NCBI GenBank assembly: GCA_033762915.1
Contig: JANRLD010000007.1
Span: 32,001-96,000 of the forward strand
Direction: 5' to 3'
Source of the DNA: Meiothermus sp.
Lineage (GTDB): Bacteria; Deinococcota; Deinococci; Deinococcales; Thermaceae
Length of the DNA stretch: 64,000 bases
The position numbers and the translations under genes were made by a program. The notes under the pieces are model-generated. The model ran no database searches, was not told the origin of the DNA, and was given only the letters and a program-made list of their open reading frames with translations. Positions 1-9,252 of this stretch are shown here, piece after piece. Each line of letters opens with the position of its first letter. Position 1 is the stretch's first letter.

Positions 1-44
1 TGCCCTTCGAGCCGGGGCAGATGGAAGGCATGGGGCACTGAGGC

Positions 45-1718
45 TCAGGAGCAGACCTTGTTTTTCCCGCTGCGCTTGGCCTGGTAAAGCAGCTGGTCGG
101 CCAAATAGAGGAGTTTTTCCTGGTTGGGGAGCTGGGTTTCCCAGGCCAGCCCGATGCTGACCGTCACCTCGAGGCCGGGGTGGATGGAGGCCCAGGGGTG
201 GCTCTCCACGGCTTTGCGGATGCGCTCGCAGACCAGGTGGGCGTTGTCGGAGCTGGTGTGGGGGAGCATCACCACGAACTCCTCGCCGCCGTAGCGGGCG
301 GCGGTGTCGCTGCTGCGCAGGCACTGCAGGAGGATTTCGGCTACCTGGATCAGCACCTGGTCGCCCACCTGGTGCGAGTAGGTGTCGTTGATGCGCTTGA
401 AACTGTCCACGTCCAGCATTGCCACCGGCAGCGGCTGCCGGGCGAGGCGGGCCATGGCGAACTCGCGCTCGAGGGCTTTCTCCAGGTAGCGGCGGTTGTA
501 GAGCTTGGTCAGGGGGTCTTGCACCACCTGGACTTCCAGTTCGCGGGACTTCTGCTCCAGGCGCTCCATCAGGCCCACGTTCTCGCGGTGGGCCTGCTCG
601 ACTTCGTCGAGGGCCTGCTTTAGCTCGACGTTCTTCAGGTGGGCGATCTGGGCCTCGGCCTGGGCCTGTTCGAGTTCGCGCTGGACGCTGAAGATGCGGA
701 GCTTGCGCTCGGCCAGCTCGGCCCCCAGGGCCTTCTCCAGCTTGTGGTGGGTCTTGTAATGCTTGAGGGCCTGGGTGGGGTCTCCCAGCCCCTCGTAGGC
801 CTCGCACAGCCGCAGGTGAATCTCGGCCTCCACCGTCCTGGTTCCCAGCGCCTGGGCGGTCTCGAGGGCACTCCTCAGCGGCACCAGCGCCTGTGCCGCC
901 AGCCCCTGCGAAAGGTAGACCCCGGCGATGTTGAGGTCGCAATAGACCTCGCCCTCGCGCAGACCTGCCGCCCTCACCACCTCGTGGGCCTCGGCCAGCA
1001 CCGTTAGGGCTTCGGGGTAGCGCCCCTCCCCCGTGCGGGCCTCCCCCAGGTTGACCAGGGTGCGGGCCAGCACGTCGGTGAAGCCGTGCTCCCGGCTGAA
1101 AGCGATCAGCTCGAGGCCCGACTCCGCCGCCTCGGCGAAGCGCCCGAGCTGTACCAGGCCGTTGACCACGTTGCCCCAGGCGGTGGCCTCGCGGGGGGGG
1201 TCTTGGCGGTCGCGGCTGATCTGGAGGGCCTCGAGCTTGGCCTTCAGCCCGTCTTCGAAGCGGCCCAGCTTGTCGAAGACGTGTCCCATGTTGTTGAGGC
1301 TGAAGGCGATGCCGCCCTGGTCGCCCAGCTCTGCGCTGAGCCAGTAGGTCTTCTCGACGTATTCCAGGGCCTTGTCCAGCTCCCCCAGGGCCACGTACAG
1401 GGCCCCGGTGTAGTTGTGGCAGTCGCGCTCGACCCATTTCTCGCCCGAATCCCGCGCCAGCACCTGCGCCGCCGCCAGGTCGCCGAAGGCGGTCTCGTAC
1501 TCGCCCCGCAGGTATAAGCAGACCCCCCGCGTGCGGAGGGCTCGAGCCTGGCCCTGGACGTAGCCGCCGCTGCGGGCCAGCTCGAGGGCGCGCTGGCTGT
1601 TCTCCAGAGCCTGTGCCAGGTCTTTGCGGAACAGGCCCCAGGCCAGTTCGTTGAGGCGGTCAATCTCCGCGACCCCCTCCACCCGCAATGCGTTCGGTTG
1701 AGCTCTCAATGCCGACAT
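45..1718 (-). CDS. TPR-repeat diguanylate cyclase (GGDEF)
   Basis: N-terminal ~330 aa of TPR-like helices (e.g. YNTGALYVALGELDKALEY), a coiled coil, then DPLTKLYNRR, RxxD I-site (RSSD) and GGEEF; no TM segments. Confidence 0.93.
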   Translation of the reverse strand: MSALRAQPNALRVEGVAEIDRLNELAWGLFRKDLAQALENSQRALELARSGGYVQGQARALRTRGVCLYLRGEYETAFGDLAAAQVLARDSGEKWVERDCHNYTGALYVALGELDKALEYVEKTYWLSAELGDQGGIAFSLNNMGHVFDKLGRFEDGLKAKLEALQISRDRQDPPREATAWGNVVNGLVQLGRFAEAAESGLELIAFSREHGFTDVLARTLVNLGEARTGEGRYPEALTVLAEAHEVVRAAGLREGEVYCDLNIAGVYLSQGLAAQALVPLRSALETAQALGTRTVEAEIHLRLCEAYEGLGDPTQALKHYKTHHKLEKALGAELAERKLRIFSVQRELEQAQAEAQIAHLKNVELKQALDEVEQAHRENVGLMERLEQKSRELEVQVVQDPLTKLYNRRYLEKALEREFAMARLARQPLPVAMLDVDSFKRINDTYSHQVGDQVLIQVAEILLQCLRSSDTAARYGGEEFVVMLPHTSSDNAHLVCERIRKAVESHPWASIHPGLEVTVSIGLAWETQLPNQEKLLYLADQLLYQAKRSGKNKVCS

Positions 1719-1784
1719 TCCGCTCCCAGTATAGGTAGGTCCGGCAGTCGAGCCGGGTGATTTCAGGTCCCCGGACGACTCCGG

Positions 1785-1827
1785 CCGTAACGCCGCCGCC
1801 GCGTAACGCCCCGCGAACGGGTTACGG
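1785..1827. promoter_or_regulatory. Putative operator/promoter repeats in the divergent intergenic region
   Basis: CGTAACGCC at 1786 and 1802 (16-bp period) plus inverted GTTACGG at 1821. Confidence 0.35.
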
Positions 1828-1916
1828 TTGGGCTGGGCAGCCCCAGATGTGAAAAGGGCGGAAGCTGTTTGAAGAGCAAATCTTGCTCTGGTTGCACTAA
1901 TAAGGAGGCCATACCC

Positions 1917-2075
1917 ATGAAAAAGCTGTTGACCTGGATTTTCGCCGTCGTGCTGGCCGCAGTGGCCTTTGCTGCGCCGATGAGCGCAGTACCCACTGTT
2001 GCCGAAAAGCCGAACATAGAGAAACCCAGTGACTCGCCTGTGCAGAAGAGCGGGTGGGGCGGCTGGGGCGGCTAG
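1917..2075 (+). CDS. 52-aa secreted peptide (candidate signalling pro-peptide)
   Basis: Strong RBS TAAGGAGG; MKKLLTWIFAVVLAAVAFA Sec signal with AxA site; short polar mature part ending SGWGGWGG; followed by an intrinsic terminator. Confidence 0.85.
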   Translation: MKKLLTWIFAVVLAAVAFAAPMSAVPTVAEKPNIEKPSDSPVQKSGWGGWGG

Positions 2076-2087
2076 AGCCCCTTGCCG

Positions 2088-2119
2088 AAAGCCTCGAGCC
2101 CGGCTCGGGGCTTTTTTTC
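2088..2119 (+). terminator. Rho-independent terminator
   Basis: AAAGCCTCGAGC-ccg-GCTCGGGGCTTT hairpin plus T run right after the peptide stop. Confidence 0.8.
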
Positions 2120-2147
2120 ATTAATGTTTTGGCTGTAAACTGGTCTA

Positions 2148-2399
2148 ATGAGCACCTTAGGGCGCATCGCGCTGTTCGCATCCTTAATCCTTCTGGTAAT
2201 CGGCGTCATCATAGCGACCATCAATTTCATCAACATCCGCGACTACCTGGTGGCCCTCTCGGCCAACCGCACGCGGGAGTTTCTGGACGTCAACCCGCGC
2301 CTGTGGCTGACCTACCTGATCTTCTTCCTCGGCGGTCTTACGTTGGGTGTAGGCATCATGAGCAGCTTCGCCGGGCGGCGGGGCAACAACGGGCAGTAA
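2148..2399 (+). CDS. Small membrane protein (2 TM), hypothetical
   Basis: 83 aa, two hydrophobic segments; TAAACT -10 a few nt upstream of ATG. Confidence 0.75.
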   Translation: MSTLGRIALFASLILLVIGVIIATINFINIRDYLVALSANRTREFLDVNPRLWLTYLIFFLGGLTLGVGIMSSFAGRRGNNGQ

Positions 2400-2618
2400 G
2401 GTCCGGCACAAACGTGGGCCGGTCCTCCAAGGACTGGCCTGTTTTGCTGTTATTGCGGCTTTCGCGGCCAACCGTGGGTTTTCCGAAGACGCGAACCCCT
2501 GGCAGGCGCTCTGGGCCGGGTTTCGCAAACCCGTCATGGAGACGGCGGCGGCGGGGGCCGCCTTTGTATTGCACAGCCGCCCCCGCCGTGCCGTCTGGGC
2601 GTAAGCTGGGGCGATACT

Positions 2619-3806
2619 ATGGCGGCGTACGACTTTATCATCGCGGGGGCCGGGGCGGCGGGTCTGAGCTTGGCCTACCACCTTAACAGCGCCGGGCTGC
2701 ACGACAAGCGGATTCTGCTGCTCGACCGCGCCCCCAAGACCGTAAACGACCGCACCTGGTGCTTCTGGGAGGCGGGCCAGAGCCCCTACGAGAAGGCGGT
2801 CTTTCGCCAGTGGGGGAGGGTCTGGTTCCACGGCGAGGGCGTCTCGAGGCGGCTCGAGCTCTCCCCCTACCGCTACAAGATGATCCGGGGACTGGACTTC
2901 TACCAGCACATGCAGCGGTGGCTGGCCCGGCAGCCCAACATTGACATTAAGTACGGGGAAATCGAGCGGCTCGAGGACACCCCCGAGGGCGTGACGGCCT
3001 GGCAGAACGGCCAACCGCACCGCGCCCGCTGGGCCTTCAGCAGCCTCTACAAGCCCCAGCCCAGACAGCCTCAGTACCACTACTTGCTGCAGCACTTCAA
3101 GGGCTGGGTGGTCCGGACCCCCCAGCCCGCCTTCGACCCCTCCGCCGCTACTTTTATGGACTTCCGGGTGGAGCAACACGGCGATGTGCGCTTTGCCTAC
3201 GTGCTGCCCTTCGACGAGCGCACCGCATTGGTCGAGTACACGCTGTTCTCCGGGGAATTGCTGGGCCAGGCCGACTACGATGCCGGCCTGCGCGACTACC
3301 TGTCGCAGTTTTGCGGGGTGCGGGAGTTCGAGATCCTCGAGGCCGAGTTCGGGGTCATCCCCATGACCGACGCCCCCCACGGCTTGGTGCAGAGCCCCCA
3401 TGTGCTTAACATCGGGATCGCCGGGGGGCGGGCCAAGGCCTCTACCGGCTACGCCTTCAAGCGCATCCAGGCCCAGTCGCGCCGCATCGTGGAGAGCCTG
3501 CTGCACACCGGGCAGCCGGTCTACCGCGAGCCCGCCTTCGACCGCCACGCCTGGATGGACAGCATCTACCTCGAGGCCCTGGCCTCCAAGCGGGTCGGGG
3601 GGCGGGAGTTCTTCGGGGGGCTGTTCCGCAAGAACCCCCCGGCGCGGGTGCTGCGCTTCCTCGACGAGGAGACAGGCCCGCTCGAGGACTTGCGGATCAT
3701 GCTCAGCGTGGACATCCCCAGGTTCACGGCCGCTGCCCTCGAGGTGGGGCGGTCACGCCTGTTCACGCGGGCGGGCACGCCCCGACCTGACCGATTTGCG
3801 TCTTAG
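2619..3806 (+). CDS. Lycopene cyclase family FAD protein
   Basis: DFIIAGAGAAG Rossmann motif, NDRTWCFW, FMDFR, ALVEYT, EFGVIPM, KASTGYAF. Confidence 0.88.
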   Translation: MAAYDFIIAGAGAAGLSLAYHLNSAGLHDKRILLLDRAPKTVNDRTWCFWEAGQSPYEKAVFRQWGRVWFHGEGVSRRLELSPYRYKMIRGLDFYQHMQRWLARQPNIDIKYGEIERLEDTPEGVTAWQNGQPHRARWAFSSLYKPQPRQPQYHYLLQHFKGWVVRTPQPAFDPSAATFMDFRVEQHGDVRFAYVLPFDERTALVEYTLFSGELLGQADYDAGLRDYLSQFCGVREFEILEAEFGVIPMTDAPHGLVQSPHVLNIGIAGGRAKASTGYAFKRIQAQSRRIVESLLHTGQPVYREPAFDRHAWMDSIYLEALASKRVGGREFFGGLFRKNPPARVLRFLDEETGPLEDLRIMLSVDIPRFTAAALEVGRSRLFTRAGTPRPDRFAS

Positions 3807-3837
3807 CTGACAGCCGCCCGGCGGGTTTGCCCCTATC

Positions 3838-5010
3838 GTGATGGGAATGGAGCCACTCGCCGCAGGGGTCGCGGCCCTCCTGGCCGGGGGGCTGGCTTTT
3901 TTCTGGCCCGGCAGCGGTGCGCACGACTTCTACGGGCTGCGCCGCGCCGCCCTAATGCGCTTGTGGGGCGGTCTGGGCGGCCTGGCCCTGGCCCTGGCGG
4001 GCGCGGTGCTGATGGTGCTGGGCGGGGTCGGCCCTACCGGCCTGGGGCTCGCGGTCGGCGGCTCGGCCCTGGCGCTGTTGGCGGTCTGGGGCGCCGACGT
4101 GCTGGCCCTGCGGCGGGCGGCGGTGCTGCGCTCGAGCACGCTCGCCCTGGGGCTGGGTGCCCTGTTGGCTTGGAGCCCCCGCCTCGAGGTCTGGTTGATC
4201 GTGGCCCTATGCGCCCTGGTGGCTGCACAGGCCGCGACGCTTCTGCGCAGCCCGGTGGGGCTGGGCCGCCTGCTCTGGTTGCGCCAAAACCTGCGTCTCT
4301 GGCAGGCCCTGCTGATCGCTGCGGTGCTGATCCGCATCCCGGTGCCGCTGTGGCCGGAGAGTTTTCCGGTCATCGCCGTGACCCAGATCAGCCTGATTAC
4401 CCTGGCCGCGCTGCTGTGGGGCTATGGCCGGGTCGGGGTGCGGATCCTGCCGCTGGCGCTGGCGGCGTTCTCCATCGGGCTGGTGATCGAGCTGCTGGGC
4501 AGCCGCACCGGCTTCCCTTTCGGCCTCTACACCTACGCGGGCGCACCCGACCCTACCCTCTTTACCGTTCCGCTGCTGGTGCCCCTGGGGTGGTTCAGCC
4601 TGGTGCTCTCGGCCCATCTGCTGGCAGGGGGGCGGCCCTGGCTGACCGGCCTGCTGGTGGTGGCCTGGGACCTGGGCCTCGAGGCCCTGATGCCCCTGAA
4701 GGGCTACTGGCAGTGGCTCGACCCCAACCCCTTCTGGTACGGCGCACCCGTCCAAAACTACCTGGCCTGGTTCGCGGTGGGCTTCCTGATCTCCTGGATG
4801 TTCGCCCGCTTTGCCCCGGACCTGCCCCGCGACCCCAGCTTCGGTTGGGCCTACCGGCTCGAGGCCCTCTTCATCCCGGTCGGCCTGGCCTTGTTCGGCC
4901 TCTACCCCGCCGCCGTGGTTTGCGGGATCGCCATGAACCTGCTGGCCTGGCGCGGTGTGCGCTGGCCGGAGCTGGTGCCCCATCGGCAGGCACATCACGC
5001 GGGGGACTAG
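3838..5010 (+). CDS. Carotenoid biosynthesis membrane protein (CruF-like 1,2-hydratase domain)
   Basis: C-terminal half has ELLGSRTGFPFGLYTY, VPLLVPLGW, WDLGLE, GAPVQNYLAWF typical of the CruF/DUF422 family; next to lycopene cyclase. Confidence 0.8.
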   Translation: MMGMEPLAAGVAALLAGGLAFFWPGSGAHDFYGLRRAALMRLWGGLGGLALALAGAVLMVLGGVGPTGLGLAVGGSALALLAVWGADVLALRRAAVLRSSTLALGLGALLAWSPRLEVWLIVALCALVAAQAATLLRSPVGLGRLLWLRQNLRLWQALLIAAVLIRIPVPLWPESFPVIAVTQISLITLAALLWGYGRVGVRILPLALAAFSIGLVIELLGSRTGFPFGLYTYAGAPDPTLFTVPLLVPLGWFSLVLSAHLLAGGRPWLTGLLVVAWDLGLEALMPLKGYWQWLDPNPFWYGAPVQNYLAWFAVGFLISWMFARFAPDLPRDPSFGWAYRLEALFIPVGLALFGLYPAAVVCGIAMNLLAWRGVRWPELVPHRQAHHAGD

Positions 5011-5143
5011 CGGCGGTGATCTGCGCGCGGGTTCCCTACCTCCCGGGCGAAACTCTGGAAAATGGGGATTAAGCCTCTCTGCACACTCGAGGTGGTCTTT
5101 ATCGCTTTGATCACGTTTGGGTAGGTTGATGACCAGACTACAG

Positions 5144-5328
5144 GTCTCCTTAGTTGCAATGCGAACTATCGCCCGCCAGTTCCCGCAGGGAATTGCGTCT
5201 CGGGTAGCCGCTCTGCGGCTATGGCGCATGCCACTCTGCCCTGGGTAGCTGCTCCACGGCTATGGCGCACGCCACTCTGCCCAGGCACGTATTTGCTGCT
5301 TCTGCCGATTCCGTACTTCTACCCTGGC
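5144..5328 (+). repeat. Dispersed repeat family A, copy 1 (internal 41-bp tandem duplication)
   Basis: Near-identical to the reverse complement of 53261-53404; 5202-5241 is duplicated at 5243-5282. Confidence 0.9.
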
Positions 5329-5329
5329 T

Positions 5330-5448
5330 TAGAGCGGTTCCCACGAACACTCTGTACGGCGGATTTTTCCGTACCGAGCGCAATGCTCCGCTTTAGCGCA
5401 CGCTTTAGCGCAGCACCGTGGGCGGAGTATGCTTGGGAAACGCAATGA
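5330..5448 (+). mobile_element. MITE-like repeat family B, copy 1
   Basis: Starts TAGAGCGGTTCCCAC and ends GCGGAGTAT..GGGAAACGC; aligns with 22207-22468. Confidence 0.7.
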
Positions 5449-5740
5449 CAACTCCTGGAACTCCATCAACTGTTCGTTGCCTGCGTTCATGTAATGCTTG
5501 TTTTTGCAGCGGTGAATCTGCCGGACTCCACCTCGAGCTTCGCCTCCTGTCTTCGAGTGATTGTTCGGCGTACTGGCAACACCAGACATCATGTTTTGCC
5601 CGCTCCACGTAGCCTTCTTTACATCCTTGCCCCGCTTTTCTCTTCTCTGTGCTGAACCCCAGCTGTGCCTTGGTGGTGAAGAAGGTCAATTTGGTGCATG
5701 CGTTTACACCCGTCCCTGACGCGCGGGACGAGAATGGCCT

Positions 5741-6664
5741 ATGGGCCTGGAGTCGCCGCTGGGTTTGCTGGGGTTTCTGATACTGCCGGGGGTGGTGTGG
5801 CTGTACCGGCGTGCAGTGCGGCGCGGGCGGGGTGAGGGTTTCGCGCTGCTTCCGGGCCTCGAGTTCCACTCCCGGGCCGCATCGTGCTGCGCGCGGCACC
5901 TATTGGCGGTGGCCTACCTGGCTGCGTTGGCGCTGGCGATGGTGGCGGTGGCCCGGCCCCACGCCACCCTCTTGACCCCCGACCAGCGGGCCGGGATCGT
6001 GCTGGCGCTGGACGTGAGCGGCTCGATGAGCGCGGTGGACATCCCGCCCGACCGACTGGGAGCGGCCAAACGCTCGGCCTCGGCCTTCGTGGAGCGGCTG
6101 CCGGAGGGCGTGAAGGTGGGGCTGGTGAGCTTTGCGGGCTCGGCCCAGCTCGAGTCCCCCCTCACCGACGACCACGCCGAAGTGATCGAGAGGATCAGTC
6201 TGCTCGAGGTGCGCCCTAGCACCGCCATCGGGGAGGGCCTAGCCGAGAGCCTGCGGGCCTTTCCCACCGACCAGAACGGACGCCCAGAGGGCCCCGCTAC
6301 GGTGATCCTGCTCTCCGACGGCGAGAACCGCGACGGCATCTCCCCCCTAAGGGTCGCCGAGCGGGCCGCCAAGCTGGGCGTGCGGGTACACACCATCGGG
6401 GTTGGGACGGCGGACCGGCGCAACCCCGAAGCGGTCTATGCCGGCTTTGACGAAGCCGAGCTGCGTGGCATCGCTGCGGTAACCCGGGGCCGCTATTTCG
6501 CGGTCGGCTCGGCGGGTCAGCTCGAGGCCGTATACCGCCAGCTGGGCAGCCAGGTCGGCTGGGTGCCCCAGCGCACCGAGGTCAGCGGCCTGTTCGGCCT
6601 GGCCTCGGGGCTGATCCTGGGAATTTGCCTGTTGAGTGCGGCGTTCGCGAGGCGGGTGTTTTGA
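5741..6664 (+). CDS. VWA domain membrane protein (BatA-like)
   Basis: N-terminal TM, LALDVSGSM MIDAS motif, STAIGEG, ILLSDGEN, C-terminal TM. Confidence 0.88.
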   Translation: MGLESPLGLLGFLILPGVVWLYRRAVRRGRGEGFALLPGLEFHSRAASCCARHLLAVAYLAALALAMVAVARPHATLLTPDQRAGIVLALDVSGSMSAVDIPPDRLGAAKRSASAFVERLPEGVKVGLVSFAGSAQLESPLTDDHAEVIERISLLEVRPSTAIGEGLAESLRAFPTDQNGRPEGPATVILLSDGENRDGISPLRVAERAAKLGVRVHTIGVGTADRRNPEAVYAGFDEAELRGIAAVTRGRYFAVGSAGQLEAVYRQLGSQVGWVPQRTEVSGLFGLASGLILGICLLSAAFARRVF

Positions 6665-6705
6665 GGGGTGGGAAGCGGGAGGGGGAGGGGCCAACCGCCA
6701 CCACC

Positions 6706-9252
6706 CTACCGCTTGGTCTTGCGGCTCCGGCGGCCCTTGCCCTTCTTCGGGCTCGATACCGAGGCGTCTTGGCCGGTTGGGGCCGCCTCCGGCGTCCACT
6801 CGCCAAAGTAGATTTTGCGGGCCGAAACCTTCACCGGCTTCTCGAACTTCCGCTTGGGTACTTCGGTCGAGGCCACCCGGCTGCGCCCTTTGGGTCTGCC
6901 TGAGGCTTGGGCCTTGGGGGTCGGTTCGGGCCGGCTCGAGACGTTCTCTTTCTTGCCTGAGCCTTGCCCTCCGCCCGCCTTACCGGTGCCCGCCGGGCCT
7001 CTGCGCCCCGGCCGACCACTCCGCTTTGGCTGCGCCCCGCCGCCCTTGGCCGATTCTCGCTCGCCTTCGCCCTCCTCCTTCCCAGCTCCTTCCTGGCCCT
7101 CGGAGTAAAAACCTTCCGTCACCGCGAAGTCGATCTGCCGGGCTGCGGGATTGGCCCCCGCGATCTCGACCTCGAGCGTGTCCCCGATCCTGATGCGGCG
7201 CTTGGTGCGGACGCCTTCGAGGCTCAGCAGCTCCTCTACATAGTGGTAATGGTCGTCCTCGAGGGCCCCCAGGCGGATCATCCCCTCCACGCCGTTCTCG
7301 AGGGCCACAAACACCCCGAAAGCTGCCACGCCCGAGACGGTCCCAGACCAGACTTCGCCCTTGTGGGCCTCGGCCCACAAACACTGGTAATACTTGGTCA
7401 GCTCACGCTCGGCACCCTCGGCGGCCCGCTCGCGGCTGCTGGTGTGCTCGGCCAGCTTGGGGAAACGCTCGGCCCAGCCCTCCCGCGTGACCGCCGTGAC
7501 CTTGCGCCCCAGCAGCGTCTTTAGTACCCGGTGCACCACCAGGTCGGGGTAGCGCCGGATGGGGCTGGTGAAGTGCAGGTAGTGCTCGGCGGCCAGCCCG
7601 AAGTGGCCCAGGTTTTCCGCGGCGTACCGGGCCAGCCGCAGCGAGCGCAGCAGCAGCGTGGAGATGGCCGGGGCCTCCGGCCGGCCCTCGGCCTGCCTGA
7701 GAATGTTTTGCAGCGCCTTAGGCGACAGTTCGCCGCCCGGCAGGCTGTACCCCATCCGGCCCAGCGCGGTCACCAGTTTGTTGTAGGCCTCTTCGCTGGG
7801 GTCCTCGTGGACCCGAAACAGCGCCGGGATCTCCCGCTCGGAGAGGTGCTTGGCGACGGTGCGGTTGGCCAGCAGCATCAGCTCTTCAATCAGGCTCCGG
7901 GCCTTCGGCTCCCTCTGCGAGATCAGGTGCAGGTTCCCTTCGTCGTCCGGCTGTACCTTGACCTCGGTGAAGTGGAAGTCGAGGGCGCCTTTCTCCAGGC
8001 GCTTGTGCTTGAGCTGGGCGGTTAGCTCGAGCAGCGCGGTCAGGTCTTGGTGAAGCTCAGAGGGAAGGTTGCTGGGGTTGCCCCGGCTTCCCCCCGCCCC
8101 CTTCCCCTCCTTAGCGCTGGCCGCGCTCAGCGAGTCCGCGAACCCCTCGACCTGCTCGTACGTCAGCCTCGCCACGCTCCGGATCACGCCCTGGTGGAAC
8201 TTATAGTCCTTAACCCGGCCTTTGGGCGTCACCTCGGCCACCACCGAAAGCACCAGGCGGTCCTCGTGCGGCACCAGCGAACACATGCCGTTGGAGAGGC
8301 GCTCGGGCAGCATCGGCAGCACCCGGCCTGGCAGATAGACGCTGGTGGCGCGGTCATAGGCGTCGCGGTCGAGGGGGGTGAACTCGCGCACGTAATGCGA
8401 CACATCGGCGATGTGCACGCCCACCTCGAGGTTGCCGCTCTCGAGTTCGCGCACATGAATGGCGTCATCGAAGTCTTTGGCGTCGGAGCCGTCTATGGTG
8501 AAGACCCGCAGCCCCCGGAAGTCGGTGCGCTTCAGAAGGTCCTTGGGTCCGATCACCGCAACCCGCTCGGCCTCCTCGAGGGCCTCCGGGCTGAACTCCT
8601 GCAACAGCTCGTACTTGGCAATTACCGCCTCGGTCTCGACCTCGGGGCCTTCGCCCTCGCCCAGATAGGCCTGCAACTCGCCGTAGGGCTCGGCGGGCTT
8701 GCGGTTTTTGCCCTCGGGGAAGATCACCCTGACCGAGAGGCGGGCTCCGGCCTCGAGGTCTTCGAGCCCCTTGGGCTCGAGCTTGAGCCGGGGGAAGCGC
8801 CCGTCGTCGGGGGCCAGCCAGGCGAAGCCCTGGGAGAAGTAGAGCCGCCCGGTGAGGGCCTTATGGCCACGCTCCACGATCTCGTCCACCACCCCCCAGG
8901 GCTTGCCGTCGCGGCCCGGCGGCTTCTTGACCGCACGCACCAGGTCGCCGTGCCAGGCCCCGTGCAGGTGGCCCTTGGGGATGTAGAGGTCGGGGGTGTC
9001 GGGGTCGGCGGGGAGGACGAAGGCGAAGCCCGCCGGGTGGGCCTGCACCCGCCCCTCCACGCCCTTCTTGCTCAGGCCCTCGGGCAGTTGGTAGAGCTGG
9101 CGGCGCGGCTCGCTGACCCGCCCCTCAGCGACCAGGAGTTCCAGGGCTTCCCTCGCCTCGGACTTCTCGAGGCGGAAATGCCGCGCGATCTCGCGCAGGC
9201 TAAAGGGCTTCTTGGGGTGCTTCTTGAGGTGTTCGTAGATTTGCTCGGTCAT
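6706..9252 (-). CDS. rnr: Ribonuclease R
   Basis: TIDGSDAKDFDDA RNB catalytic motif, HFTSPIRRYPDL, cold-shock and S1 domains, basic tail; start placed at MTEQ. Confidence 0.96.
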   Translation of the reverse strand: MTEQIYEHLKKHPKKPFSLREIARHFRLEKSEAREALELLVAEGRVSEPRRQLYQLPEGLSKKGVEGRVQAHPAGFAFVLPADPDTPDLYIPKGHLHGAWHGDLVRAVKKPPGRDGKPWGVVDEIVERGHKALTGRLYFSQGFAWLAPDDGRFPRLKLEPKGLEDLEAGARLSVRVIFPEGKNRKPAEPYGELQAYLGEGEGPEVETEAVIAKYELLQEFSPEALEEAERVAVIGPKDLLKRTDFRGLRVFTIDGSDAKDFDDAIHVRELESGNLEVGVHIADVSHYVREFTPLDRDAYDRATSVYLPGRVLPMLPERLSNGMCSLVPHEDRLVLSVVAEVTPKGRVKDYKFHQGVIRSVARLTYEQVEGFADSLSAASAKEGKGAGGSRGNPSNLPSELHQDLTALLELTAQLKHKRLEKGALDFHFTEVKVQPDDEGNLHLISQREPKARSLIEELMLLANRTVAKHLSEREIPALFRVHEDPSEEAYNKLVTALGRMGYSLPGGELSPKALQNILRQAEGRPEAPAISTLLLRSLRLARYAAENLGHFGLAAEHYLHFTSPIRRYPDLVVHRVLKTLLGRKVTAVTREGWAERFPKLAEHTSSRERAAEGAERELTKYYQCLWAEAHKGEVWSGTVSGVAAFGVFVALENGVEGMIRLGALEDDHYHYVEELLSLEGVRTKRRIRIGDTLEVEIAGANPAARQIDFAVTEGFYSEGQEGAGKEEGEGERESAKGGGAQPKRSGRPGRRGPAGTGKAGGGQGSGKKENVSSRPEPTPKAQASGRPKGRSRVASTEVPKRKFEKPVKVSARKIYFGEWTPEAAPTGQDASVSSPKKGKGRRSRKTKR

